Source: an uncultured Clostridia bacterium | GTDB lineage: Bacteria; Acidobacteriota; Blastocatellia; UBA7656 | Length of the DNA stretch: 45,497 bases | Reading direction: 5' to 3' | Assembly: GCA_964581275.1 (NCBI GenBank) | Contig: CAZOOE010000003.1 | Coordinates: 1 to 45,497, forward strand | Part shown: positions 26,402 to 35,984 of the stretch, piece by piece | Layout: each line of letters begins with the position of its first letter | Position numbering within the stretch: position 1 is the stretch's first letter | Program-made: the position numbers and the translations under genes | Notes under the pieces: generated by a model | What the model was told of the DNA's origin: nothing | What the model saw: only the letters and a program-made list of their open reading frames with translations | Database searches by the model: none

Positions 26402-28597
26402 TCAACAGCAAGGAGCAAGCGTCAATCCGTGACGACTCAAAGGGAGAGATCGATAGCGTTTTCCCGTCGCTGCGAAAATTGCGTTGGCGACCGCCGGCAC
26501 TAGTGTGACCGGACCGACTTCTCCGGTTCCGCCCAACCCTTTTGTGCTGCTGTTCACGATGTGCACTTCAATCGGCGGCGTTTCATCCATCTGCGCGATT
26601 CGATAGTTATGGAAGTTTGACTCGACGGTCCGCCCATTCTTGAATGAGATGTTTGATTTGAATGCGACGCCGAGTCCCCAAACGGCCCCCCCTTCGATTG
26701 AGTTCCTGGTTAGCTCCGGATCGAGTGCGATACCACAGTCAATCACGCAGACGATGCGATGAATCCTGACCAGATTGTCTTTGACCGAAAGCTCAACTAC
26801 GTGAGAGATGTGCGTCCGAAACGCTTCCGTGTAAGCCATCCCACGTGCGATGCCCTTCGCGGGCCGCTTCTTCCAATCCGATTTTTCAACCAACGTCTCA
26901 AGCACTTTCAGCGACCGCTCATCTTTCAAAAGACCTCGGCGGAAGTCATAAGGGTCTCGCTTCGCTCTTGCTGCGAGCTCATCAATGAAGGATTCGACGG
27001 CGAAGATGTTTGGTCCGTACCCGGTTGTTCTCAGAACAGAGGTAGGTACACCGACCTTCAGCAATTTGAAATCAACTCGCTGACTGGGAATCTCGTAATG
27101 CGTTTCCATCAAGCCTTCCAGACAGGTCGGATCATTGTCTTCGGTTACCGCCGGCCCGTATACGAACTGCAGAACCGAAGGCGACCAAACTTTGTGAGAA
27201 ATGTCTGACGGTCTTCCAGCGTTGTCCAGGGCCACCGTGATTCGATTAAGAGTAGCGGGGCGATAGACGTCGTGCTGCACGTCCTCTTCGCGCGACCACA
27301 CAACTTTCACCGGCTTGCCGACGGCTTTTGAAACAAGAGCCGCTTGCACAACGAAGTCGACAAGCAATCGGCGCCCAAATCCTCCGCCCAGCAACGTTCG
27401 GTTTATCGAAACTTTTTCCGGCGCCAGATTGAACATCCCGCTCAATGTGTGCATCGCCAACTCTGGTCCCTGCAGCGGCCCCCAGATCGTGCAACTGTCA
27501 TTTGTAACTGAAGCCGTGCAGTTCATCGGCTCCATCGTGGCGTGGGCCATGAACTGTGATTCGTACTCCTGCGAAAAAACCTCTTGATAGCTAGTCGCCA
27601 GCTGGTCTTCTTGCAAAGCAGCGCCCTCTGTTCTCACCGTCTTCCAAACGTTTCCGGCGAGAGCAGCGCGATACTGTTTTTCCAGGGACTCGGTGCTGAC
27701 ATCAGAGTTGACGCCGCCATCGAAGTCGACTTTGAGTGACTTGAGCGCTTGTCGCGCCTGCCAGTACTGATTCGCTACGACGGCGATTCCATTTGGGATC
27801 GGCACCACGTCAATAACCCCGGGAAGCGTCATCACCGAATTCTTATCAAAACTGGAGACGGTGCCTCCGTGAACGGGACTCTGCATCACTGCCGCGTGAA
27901 CTATTCCCGGGAGAGTGAAGTCAAGGCCAAAAATAGCGCTGCCGTCCAGTTTCGATGTGAGCTCAACGCGGGAAAGCGGCCGCCCCAGCAATTTCCATCC
28001 GCTTTGAGGTTTGAGCCTTGGGTTTTTCGGCGGAGTAACCTTGGCTGCGTCTTCAGCGATGTCGCCAAACTTCAATGTTCGTCCGCTAGGCCTGTGGATG
28101 ATCTTTCCACGATCCGCGTAACACTCTCCAGACTTCACGCCCCAACGGCTCGCTGCAGCGGTGACCAACATCTCACGCGCTGACGCTCCCATCGCTTGCA
28201 GCAAGTCAAAGAAGCCGGTCGTGCTTTCGCTGTTTCCTGTGAACTGCCAGTTGATGCGCGGATTCCGATAGGCGGGAGCAACGGATGAGAACTCGATCTT
28301 CACGCGGCTCCAATCCGCGCAGAGCTCTTCCGCGAGCACGGCCGGCAGCGTAGTCATCGCGCCCTGACCCATCTCTGACTGCGAAGAGACGAGCGTCACT
28401 TCGTCATTCGGGCTGATGCGAATCCAGGCGTTGAGAGGAACGCCATTGCCGATGGTCGATCTACCTTGAGACGAAGCGAATATCGCGTCGCTGATTACGT
28501 TCGTCGGCGATGTGAGCGAATAACCAATGAGAAGACCGCCTCCTGCGGCGACTGACGCCGACAGAAAGAATCGTCTTGAAACTCCCTCGCTGCTCAT
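26402..28597 (-). CDS. Xanthine-dehydrogenase-family molybdopterin-binding subunit, isoquinoline 1-oxidoreductase beta (IorB)-like, Tat-exported
   Basis: SRRFFL twin-arginine; SEMGQG..T.L...AEEL; AHATMEP; LGGGFGRR; WSREED; GGTGEVG. Confidence 0.92.
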   Translation of the reverse strand: MSSEGVSRRFFLSASVAAGGGLLIGYSLTSPTNVISDAIFASSQGRSTIGNGVPLNAWIRISPNDEVTLVSSQSEMGQGAMTTLPAVLAEELCADWSRVKIEFSSVAPAYRNPRINWQFTGNSESTTGFFDLLQAMGASAREMLVTAAASRWGVKSGECYADRGKIIHRPSGRTLKFGDIAEDAAKVTPPKNPRLKPQSGWKLLGRPLSRVELTSKLDGSAIFGLDFTLPGIVHAAVMQSPVHGGTVSSFDKNSVMTLPGVIDVVPIPNGIAVVANQYWQARQALKSLKVDFDGGVNSDVSTESLEKQYRAALAGNVWKTVRTEGAALQEDQLATSYQEVFSQEYESQFMAHATMEPMNCTASVTNDSCTIWGPLQGPELAMHTLSGMFNLAPEKVSINRTLLGGGFGRRLLVDFVVQAALVSKAVGKPVKVVWSREEDVQHDVYRPATLNRITVALDNAGRPSDISHKVWSPSVLQFVYGPAVTEDNDPTCLEGLMETHYEIPSQRVDFKLLKVGVPTSVLRTTGYGPNIFAVESFIDELAARAKRDPYDFRRGLLKDERSLKVLETLVEKSDWKKRPAKGIARGMAYTEAFRTHISHVVELSVKDNLVRIHRIVCVIDCGIALDPELTRNSIEGGAVWGLGVAFKSNISFKNGRTVESNFHNYRIAQMDETPPIEVHIVNSSTKGLGGTGEVGPVTLVPAVANAIFAATGKRYRSLPLSRHGLTLAPCC

Positions 28598-29073
28598 TTA
28601 CGCACTCCCTTTTCCGCAGCGAATTCAGCCGCGCGATGGATGGCCTTTCGTACTCGTTGGTAGGTACCGCAGCGGCAGAGATTCCCGCTCATCGCATCGG
28701 CGATGTCCGTATCAGTAGGATTGGAATTCTGAGCAAGTAAACATGCCGCTGACATCATTTGTCCCGGCTGACAGTAGCCACATTGCGGAACTTGGATATC
28801 CAGCCACGCCCGCTGCACTGGATGGCTGAGATCGTTGGATAAACCTTCAACCGTTGTTACTTTCTTACCGTCGACTCTGGAAATTGGCGTGACGCAGGAA
28901 CGAACAGCTTCGCCATCGAGATGAACCGTGCAACAACCACAGATCGCCATCCCGCAGCCGTACTTCGTACCTGTTAGGCCAAGGTCTTCGCGCAACACCC
29001 AGAGCAGAGGCTTCTCCGGCTCGGCCTTGATCGTGACCCGCTTGCCGTTGATCGTGAAACCAAATGTTTTCAT
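28594..29073 (-). CDS. 2x[2Fe-2S] small subunit (IorA/CoxS-like)
   Basis: [16 protein letters not shown]...RSC; QCGYCQPG; GNLCRCGTY; 4-bp overlap with the beta subunit. Confidence 0.95.
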   Translation of the reverse strand: MKTFGFTINGKRVTIKAEPEKPLLWVLREDLGLTGTKYGCGMAICGCCTVHLDGEAVRSCVTPISRVDGKKVTTVEGLSNDLSHPVQRAWLDIQVPQCGYCQPGQMMSAACLLAQNSNPTDTDIADAMSGNLCRCGTYQRVRKAIHRAAEFAAEKGVRK

Positions 29074-29106
29074 TGGTCCTTTTTAGTCCGTTACAAGAGG
29101 CGCCGC

Positions 29107-29733
29107 TCAATTCGGGCAGGCGCAGCCCTTGTCCACCCACTCTCTAACTTTTTGAACAAACGCAGCGTGACTCATGGGGGGCGTGGTTCGCCCCTCGCCG
29201 GGATCCCAGCCCCACAAGACCAGCGGGTCCGTCGATACGTGATGAATCAACTGGGCACGCGTCATTCCGCCGTTTTGGTACGGGTCTTTTAGTTGACTGC
29301 AAAGCTGCCCTGGCGTTCTGCCTTGAAAGATCATCGGAGTCTTTGCAGGCGGAAGCTGCCAGCGCGATGTTGTTGCATCCAGCGCCCCATCTTTGGACAC
29401 ATTCGGTGCTCCGGGAGGCATATTTAATCCCGCCAGGTTCGTCGCCTGGTGACAATTGCTGCACTTCATCGAGAAAACGCCATTGCCGTCCTCTCCGCGC
29501 CGAACGCGATAAAAGTGAGGGTGGCTTTCGTTGCCTTGAAGCGGAGCATCCCCCGAAGGATGGCAGTTCATGCAACGCGGACTCATGAAGACTTTGTAAG
29601 CTTCGATGAAGGCCGCTCTTGCTCCAGTATCGTCGCGATGGGGTATGGAACCGCTAACTGAGAATTTGCCCAGCATCGTGCAGCCCAATAGACCGGCGAG
29701 TAGGCTAAGCTTTATTCGTGTTATGAAAGTCAC
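29107..29733 (-). CDS. Exported dihaem c-type cytochrome associated with IorAB-type enzymes
   Basis: Signal peptide; CMNCH and CSNCH haem motifs; DPLVLWGWDPGEGR. Confidence 0.85.
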   Translation of the reverse strand: MTFITRIKLSLLAGLLGCTMLGKFSVSGSIPHRDDTGARAAFIEAYKVFMSPRCMNCHPSGDAPLQGNESHPHFYRVRRGEDGNGVFSMKCSNCHQATNLAGLNMPPGAPNVSKDGALDATTSRWQLPPAKTPMIFQGRTPGQLCSQLKDPYQNGGMTRAQLIHHVSTDPLVLWGWDPGEGRTTPPMSHAAFVQKVREWVDKGCACPN

Positions 29734-29756
29734 CGTACAGACAATCCTCCCTCAGT

Positions 29757-30047
29757 TCAGGATTCCGTGTCGCCGCTTGCTCCCTCACAAACTGGTTTCT
29801 CTTGGAGAATCCAATCCCGAATGTAGGTAGAACAATTTCGCAGCTCGGTGCCATTTGATTCGCACTCTCCAAGGAATCGCACGATCTCGCGGTCGACCAG
29901 TTTCACGTCTTTTAGGTCCAGAACGACTTTATAAGAGCTCCCCGTCATCTCCGATTCGAGCTGTTCCGCGTGTTCGGATTGCAGTCGACCACTCAAACGA
30001 AGAACCAGGAGTTCTCCCTGAGAGAACTTATCAATCTTCAATACCAT
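29757..30047 (-). CDS. Small STAS-like protein
   Basis: LRLSGRL...VVLDLKDVKLVDRE.VRFL...L.NCS.YIRDWI. Confidence 0.75.
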   Translation of the reverse strand: MVLKIDKFSQGELLVLRLSGRLQSEHAEQLESEMTGSSYKVVLDLKDVKLVDREIVRFLGECESNGTELRNCSTYIRDWILQEKPVCEGASGDTES

Positions 30048-30081
30048 CCTCGATCATCTTCCTTGCCGACCGCCGCAACAG

Positions 30082-30097
30082 TGCAAAATGGATACCA
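30082..30097 (-). promoter_or_regulatory. sigma54 (-24/-12) promoter for the leftward operon
   Basis: The minus strand reads TGGTAT-CCATT-TTGCA, with exact GG-N10-GC spacing, 35 bp before the STAS start and divergent from a GAFTGA activator. Confidence 0.8.
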
Positions 30098-30141
30098 ATG
30101 CTAACTGACTGAAAACCGCTGTGTTTGCGACCAGCGGCGGA

Positions 30142-30173
30142 TGTCGCGTTCCGACAATTGGTGGATTCCGACA
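30142..30173. promoter_or_regulatory. Candidate upstream activator sequences
   Basis: TGTCG-N5-CGACA palindrome plus direct repeats TTCCGACA at 30149 and 30166. Confidence 0.55.
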
Positions 30174-30314
30174 GTTGACGCGTCAGCCAAAGAGGTTGCA
30201 CGATGACTTGAAACGAGGACGTGAAACGAAGGTTGAACGCTCTCTTACGTAGGAAGTAGACTCGATATCTTCATTCTGCGACGACTGTCCTCTCCCAATG
30301 GAGGGAGATCGAAA

Positions 30315-32543
30315 ATGGATCGAAAAGCCACCGGTCAGACCAACGAAACTGGAAGCGGCGTCGAGCCGAAATCGACAGGCGAGTTGGAGCTTACGGAACT
30401 CGTGGATGCCGTCCCGCAGCACATCATTGTGCTTGATGGAGAGGGATACCGACTCTACGCCAATAAGGCCGTCCTGGATTACCATGGCTTCACTCAGCAA
30501 GAGTTCCTGCTCGTGGATCACCGCGAGTGTATTCATCCCGATGATCTGGGCTATTACGATCAGCTGCGCCAATCCGGAATCGCCAGTCGAGAGCCGTGGG
30601 AAACGGAAGTGCGTTTACACCAGAGAGATGGACAGTATCGCTGGTTTCTAACACGCGCCAACCCGCTCCGAGATGATCAGGGACGGGTCATCCGCTGGTA
30701 CCTGTCCAGGACTGACATCGAAGATCGTAAGCAGGCGGAGCGCGAGGTTCAGCAGATTGTGGATGCTGTTCCTCAGCACATTGTGGTGTATTCAGCCGAC
30801 GGGCGCCGTCTCTATCCTAACAAGGTTACGCTGGACTTTTTCGACTGGACGGTCGAGGATTTTCTGGATGACAACCGGGTGAAGCAGATTCTTCACCCGG
30901 AAGATCAAGATAGATTTTTTGATAATAAGGAGCGTGGGATCGCGAGCGGCGCACCCTTCGACGTGGAAGTGCGAATCCAAAGGAAGGATGGGCACTATCG
31001 GTGGTTTCTGTTCCTTTATAAGCCTTATCTGAATGAACAAAGAGAAATCGTACGCTGGTACGCCACCGGCACCGACATTGAGGACCGCAAACAAGCGGAA
31101 AAGGCCTTGCGTCGAAGCGAGGGTTATCTGGCAGAGGCGCAAAGGCTAAGCCACACCGGCAGTTTTGCGCACGACCCAGTTCAGGGCGAGATCACCTACT
31201 GGTCTGAGGAAGCATATCGGACATTTGGATTTGATCCAGCAAAGGGACGGGTCTCGTACCAGGAGGCTCGACGCCGGATTCACCCTGAGGACTTGCAGAA
31301 GTTCGAAGAAGCCAGGGAAAGAGGCATCCGAGAGAAGACCGGAGCCATGGTTGACTTCCGAGTGGTTCTTCCGGACCGTTCTATAAGGTATGTCCACTGC
31401 GTTAGCCGCCCTCTTTTGGATGCATCGTCTGGGGTCGTGGAGTTGGTCGGAACCAATATGGATGTCACCGAACAATATCTGGCTCGATCCGCTCTCGAGA
31501 AAGCCTTCGAAGAAATCAAGCAATTGAAGGAGGAGTTGTACCGAGAGAATCTGGCTCTCAAAGAGGAGATAGACCAGGCTTCGCTGTTTGAGGAAATCGT
31601 GGGTTCCTCAGAACCTCTGCGGCGCGTTTTGGTTCAGGTAACAAAGGTTGCGCCCACCGATTCCACGGTGCTCATTTCCGGGGAAACCGGAACGGGAAAA
31701 GAGCTGATCGCTCGCGCTATTCACAAGCGGTCAGCCCGTTCGTCTCGAGCGTTTGTCAGCGTGAACTGTGCGGCGATACCACCAGCCCTGATCGGCTCCG
31801 AACTGTTTGGTCATGAGAAAGGCGCCTTTACTGGAGCAACCCAACGGCGGCTTGGCCGTTTTGAGCTTGCCGAAGGTGGCACGCTTTTTCTCGATGAAGT
31901 CGGAGATCTTCCCACGGAGACTCAGATTGCTCTGTTGCGTGTTCTCCAAGAACGGCAGTTTGAGCGAGTGGGAGGGAATCAACCAATCAGTGTCAACGTT
32001 CGAATCATCGCAGCCACTAATCGAGAGCTGAAGGCCGCGGTCAAGGCGGGCACGTTTCGAAGCGACTTGTTTTATCGGCTCAATGTGTTTCCTATCGATG
32101 TCCCACCGCTACGCGAACGGAGGGAGGATATCCCGTTGCTCGTGGAATACCTCACGGAGCGTTATGCGAGCAAGGCGGGGAAGAAGATAAAGAATATCGA
32201 CAAGCGAACATTGGAGTTGTTCGTGGCCTACGAATGGCCCGGCAATATTCGCGAACTGCAGAACCTGATCGAGAGAGCGGTGATCCTGTGCGATAGTAAA
32301 ACCCTGTTCGTGGATGAAGTCTGGTTTCCGCGCGAGACTGCTCAGGCAGGCGAACGCGCCAAAGGGTTGGGTCGCTTGAGCGCTGACGAAGAAAAACAGT
32401 TAATCGAATCCGCCTTGTCAGAGAGCAAAGGGCGCGTTGGCGGGCCCTTCGGCGCAGCTAAGAGGCTCGGGATTCCACGGTCAACTCTGGAAACAAAAAT
32501 CCGGAGCCTTCATATTGAGAAACATCACTTCCGATCTCGTTAG
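30315..32543 (+). CDS. Multi-PAS sigma54-dependent activator (FhlA-like bEBP)
   Basis: Three PAS/PAC repeats (IHPDD/LHPED/IHPED...DG.YRWFL...TDIEDRK); GETGTGKE; GAFTGA; FLDEVG; WPGNIRELQN; C-terminal HTH. Confidence 0.95.
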   Translation: MDRKATGQTNETGSGVEPKSTGELELTELVDAVPQHIIVLDGEGYRLYANKAVLDYHGFTQQEFLLVDHRECIHPDDLGYYDQLRQSGIASREPWETEVRLHQRDGQYRWFLTRANPLRDDQGRVIRWYLSRTDIEDRKQAEREVQQIVDAVPQHIVVYSADGRRLYPNKVTLDFFDWTVEDFLDDNRVKQILHPEDQDRFFDNKERGIASGAPFDVEVRIQRKDGHYRWFLFLYKPYLNEQREIVRWYATGTDIEDRKQAEKALRRSEGYLAEAQRLSHTGSFAHDPVQGEITYWSEEAYRTFGFDPAKGRVSYQEARRRIHPEDLQKFEEARERGIREKTGAMVDFRVVLPDRSIRYVHCVSRPLLDASSGVVELVGTNMDVTEQYLARSALEKAFEEIKQLKEELYRENLALKEEIDQASLFEEIVGSSEPLRRVLVQVTKVAPTDSTVLISGETGTGKELIARAIHKRSARSSRAFVSVNCAAIPPALIGSELFGHEKGAFTGATQRRLGRFELAEGGTLFLDEVGDLPTETQIALLRVLQERQFERVGGNQPISVNVRIIAATNRELKAAVKAGTFRSDLFYRLNVFPIDVPPLRERREDIPLLVEYLTERYASKAGKKIKNIDKRTLELFVAYEWPGNIRELQNLIERAVILCDSKTLFVDEVWFPRETAQAGERAKGLGRLSADEEKQLIESALSESKGRVGGPFGAAKRLGIPRSTLETKIRSLHIEKHHFRSR

Positions 32544-32628
32544 CGTACGCGACCACGACCGCGTTTCGTCCTCCTGGGCACGTAACTACTGTGGGAGTCA
32601 ACTGACTCTACCGCTTGCTTTCATCACT

Positions 32629-32733
32629 TCATTCAAGCGTTTGCGAAGATATAGCAACCTGCGCTTCGCGACCGAGAGACGGATGACAACAGGTGAAGAT
32701 CAAACGCAATCTGTCATCCGGATACTCCATCAT
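32629..32733 (-). pseudogene. Internal fragment of an ECF-type sigma factor
   Basis: Translates MMEYPDDRLRLIFTCCHPSLGREAQVA. DDRLRLIFTCCHP is the conserved motif of the ECF group usually paired with YCII genes. Confidence 0.7.
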
Positions 32734-32907
32734 TGCGTTTCCTCCTTTGGTTTGTAGCGATCAGCCAGTAGACGAGGAGTGAAAGGATAATACGACGCAG
32801 AAACTGGTCACCAAAACGGCGATTGCACACGGCCTTCGGTAGCTTGATTTGGTGCGTCGCTTCATAATCTCGAGCCTTCTGTGTTGTTCGCCACACGAGA
32901 TCGGTTG

Positions 32908-33741
32908 TTAGTCTAATGCGGCTCCAGCTGTTGAGTTTATGACGGTTCCGGTGATCATGCGCGCGCGGTCGGATGCAAGAAATACTGCCGCCTTCGCGGT
33001 GTCGTAGACACTGGCAGGGACTTTCAGAAAGTTAAGGCTCGCCATCCTGCCGATCATCTGTTCCCTTGTGACGTTCATCTTGCCAGCCAGTACGTCCATG
33101 GTTTGCTGGATGGTCCGGCTGTCTGCGTTTGCCGTTGTACGAAGGCACACGACTCTGACACCGGAAGGACTGATTTCGAAGGCCAGGTTTTCCATAAGAG
33201 TCTCAATGGCGCCAAACGTGGAGCCAATGGCTGTCGCGCCTTCTACGTGGCCGCGAGCCGGGCTTCCAGTCAGGAAAATGATCACGCCCGAATGCTGCTT
33301 CACCATGTGCCGCGCGCCCGCGCGAGCAGTGATGAACTGGGACTTAAGGATTGTCGTCACTGGCACCATGAATTCTTCGATTTCGAGATCCACAGCGTGC
33401 TTTCCGTTTCCATACTCTTTTGCTAGAGGTCCAACAGCATTAAAGACGATGTCGATGCTCTCGACCCGCTTGGCGATGCCGTCAATATATTCATTGACGG
33501 CGACGTCATCGATAGCATTTAGAGCGGCTGCATGTGCACGTCCACCGTTTTTCGTAATTTGCCCGGCCACCTCTTCAACGTTCGCCTTTGTCCGGCCAGC
33601 CAGAAAGACTTCCGCACCTTCAGCCGCGAACTCCTTGGCGACCGCGGCGCCGATCGATCCTCCAGCGCCGAAGATAACGGCGTGCTTTCCCTGCAGGATT
33701 CGCGAGTTGTTCCTTCCATCGGTACCTGATTCCATAGTCAT
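32908..33741 (-). CDS. SDR-family oxidoreductase (atypical active site)
   Basis: FGAGGSIG, GAEVFLAGR, IDIVFNAVG, AVFLASDRARMITG. No YxxxK. Confidence 0.9.
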   Translation of the reverse strand: MTMESGTDGRNNSRILQGKHAVIFGAGGSIGAAVAKEFAAEGAEVFLAGRTKANVEEVAGQITKNGGRAHAAALNAIDDVAVNEYIDGIAKRVESIDIVFNAVGPLAKEYGNGKHAVDLEIEEFMVPVTTILKSQFITARAGARHMVKQHSGVIIFLTGSPARGHVEGATAIGSTFGAIETLMENLAFEISPSGVRVVCLRTTANADSRTIQQTMDVLAGKMNVTREQMIGRMASLNFLKVPASVYDTAKAAVFLASDRARMITGTVINSTAGAALD

Positions 33742-33895
33742 TGTTTACTCCCTTCATTTGTCAAATCTCATCTTCAGCCATACGACGGATGAATATGTGC
33801 AAATCGACAGATAACGCCAAGTTTATTGTTTGCCCGCAAAGGATGGCTTTGCAGGATGTCTGAGTTAGAATCTTGAACCCAAGGGGCGAGCTCGA

Positions 33896-34682
33896 TTGAC
33901 GTCGAACCAGAAACCAAATGAAGACTCTGCGCGGCGTGTATCGCTTTGGCCTCGGGTTTATCTCATTGGCCTTGGCTATCTTGGACTTCATCTCGCGACC
34001 TCGACTCGATACGGTTCCTTTCGAGATGCGCTTTATTATCTTGCCTGCTCGGAGCATCTCGCGTTCGGTTATGTCGATCAGCCGCCGCTGATCGCCGCGC
34101 TTTCGTGGGTCGCTCGACATGGGCTTGGCGCATCGCTTCCGGCGCTTCACATTTGCCTTTCTCCGTCGCCACCGCCGGTCTTGCCGATCCTGCCGATCGA
34201 TACCTTTCTGCGCTATCAGTCACGGTTGGGAATTGAAGTGCTGAAAACAGAGCGCCGGCTTCATCGGGGCCGCGCTGCCGCAGTACTATGCCGACGAGTT
34301 CAACTGGCTTGAGATGGTTGATAAGGTCACGGAGGTTTATCACTCGCTTCCGGCCGACGATCAAGCGAAGACGGCCATCTTTTGTAACAACTATGGCGAA
34401 GCAGCCGCTATTGATTTCTTTGGCAGCGCGTACGGTCTGCCCAAGTCAATTAGCGGGCATCAGAATTATTTTCTGTGGGGTCCGCGAGACTACACCGGGG
34501 AGATTGCGATTCTGGTAGGCGAGAGTGAGGACAGCGCGCAGAAGCAATTTGATTCGGTGGAGGTGGCGGCGACGCGGGACAATCCATACGCATTTTGGTA
34601 CGAGACGGAGCCAATCCTTCTCTGTCGAGGATTGAGGTGGGACCTGCAAACCGGCTGGCCCCGCGTCAAGTACTGGCGTTGA
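33896..34682 (+). pseudogene. GT-C/GT39 (PMT-like) membrane glycosyltransferase with most TM helices deleted plus a frameshift
   Basis: N-terminal RDALYYLACSEHLAFGYVDQPPL is joined at ~34160 to C-terminal LPILP...; then LPQYYADEFNW...NYGEAAAIDFFG...SGHQNYFLWGP continues in another frame. Confidence 0.8.
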
Positions 34683-35182
34683 CGCAGCTAACGCCAAGAA
34701 ACTGAAGGCCGTGCGGGCCTGGCGAATGACCTTTAACGTCTGCCCCAGGGAATGGCAGCATATAGCGAAGTGAGCGGACTCTCAAACGGGTTACTGAAAT
34801 AATTGGCCTTTCACTTTACCCGATTTCTTCGAATGAGATCATCGATCAGATATTGATCGCTACGCAATAAATGCACTCGCAAAATCGCGGGCAAACGCAG
34901 TCACGCTGCGAGCGTCAGTGCCGGTGATCTCGCGCACTGTGGGAGAGACCCTAGCTGCCTCACCGCGAGCATAATGTGCGTAATCCTCGACCAGTCCGTC
35001 GACCTGCCACTCTGGGATTCCGAAGCCTCTCAATGTAAATGCATCCTGACAACACAGGAGAATAGAAATGCGTCGAAAATCATTGTTTTGCGTTCTATTA
35101 AACTACGTTCACTTCACCGAGACAGTTCCGCATTGCCCTTCTCGACGCGCTTATTCTCTACATGGTCATCGTTTGATGGGAT

Positions 35183-35713
35183 TTAGTGCGATTGCTTCTC
35201 GGTCGATGTTGAGTTGCGACTGATCCGCGCGCGTTCCTGCAAATCGAGCGTTGTGTGTTCTGTTACCGAGTCCGGCATCGGCAATCTCCGCGGACCCGCA
35301 TTGAGACCACTGGTCGATAGGTCGCCGGGCCGCTCAAGCGGGTTAAGAGTTTTCTGACCGATTTGAGTCTGTGATGTTGACAAGAGCCGAGCAGCACGTT
35401 TCACACTTGCTTTTCCGACAAACAAAAGTGGAAAACCAATCAATGCGCCCAACAGCACATTTATGATAGCTATAGTGCTCATCGTCGGATCGCCGAGAGC
35501 GACACCGAGAAACGCGATGAGGACTGCGATCAACGTGAAAGTGAGCAACGTGGCGATACCACCGTTCATCCACTTCGCTCCTGTTGTTAATCGCTCCAGC
35601 GATTCGATCGCTTTTCCTTCCAGAGCCAACCGTACGTCCGAGAGAGCCTGCCCACACTGTCGGCAATATCCTTGCTCCAGTCCGTTTTCAGTGGCACATC
35701 GTGGACAAAACAT
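35183..35713 (-). CDS. Zinc-ribbon, two-TM membrane protein
   Basis: MFCPRC...YCRQCG; two TM helices; C-terminal PDSVTEHTT motif. Confidence 0.8.
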   Translation of the reverse strand: MFCPRCATENGLEQGYCRQCGQALSDVRLALEGKAIESLERLTTGAKWMNGGIATLLTFTLIAVLIAFLGVALGDPTMSTIAIINVLLGALIGFPLLFVGKASVKRAARLLSTSQTQIGQKTLNPLERPGDLSTSGLNAGPRRLPMPDSVTEHTTLDLQERARISRNSTSTEKQSH

Positions 35714-35984
35714 GACCGTTATAGCCTTTACAGCCGCCAACCTCGAATCATATCAATGTTTCGCGAGCAAGTGCAGCGCCAGCAAAGAGCAACCAAATGA
35801 AATTACGTCCAGAGGCTCTCTAAACCACGACCAAAACGTCCAACGAGCGACTCTCGCGGAGAGTTCCGCCGGTGCAGCCGAATCAACCGAGATCTCCTGA
35901 AACCTGAGCATCTCCGGGATGAAGAAGAGACCACTCCAAACGCGCATTATGACGTGATGACACGGTCGAGCAAGCGTTCAAAGT

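Noticed and set aside
33068-33814. 248-aa plus-strand ORF
   Set aside because: It is the antisense mirror of the SDR, a common high-GC artefact with no motifs.
34690-35180. Possible ncRNA or riboswitch in the ~500-bp gap
   Set aside because: I recognised no family motif or convincing structure by eye; an Infernal/Rfam scan would be needed.
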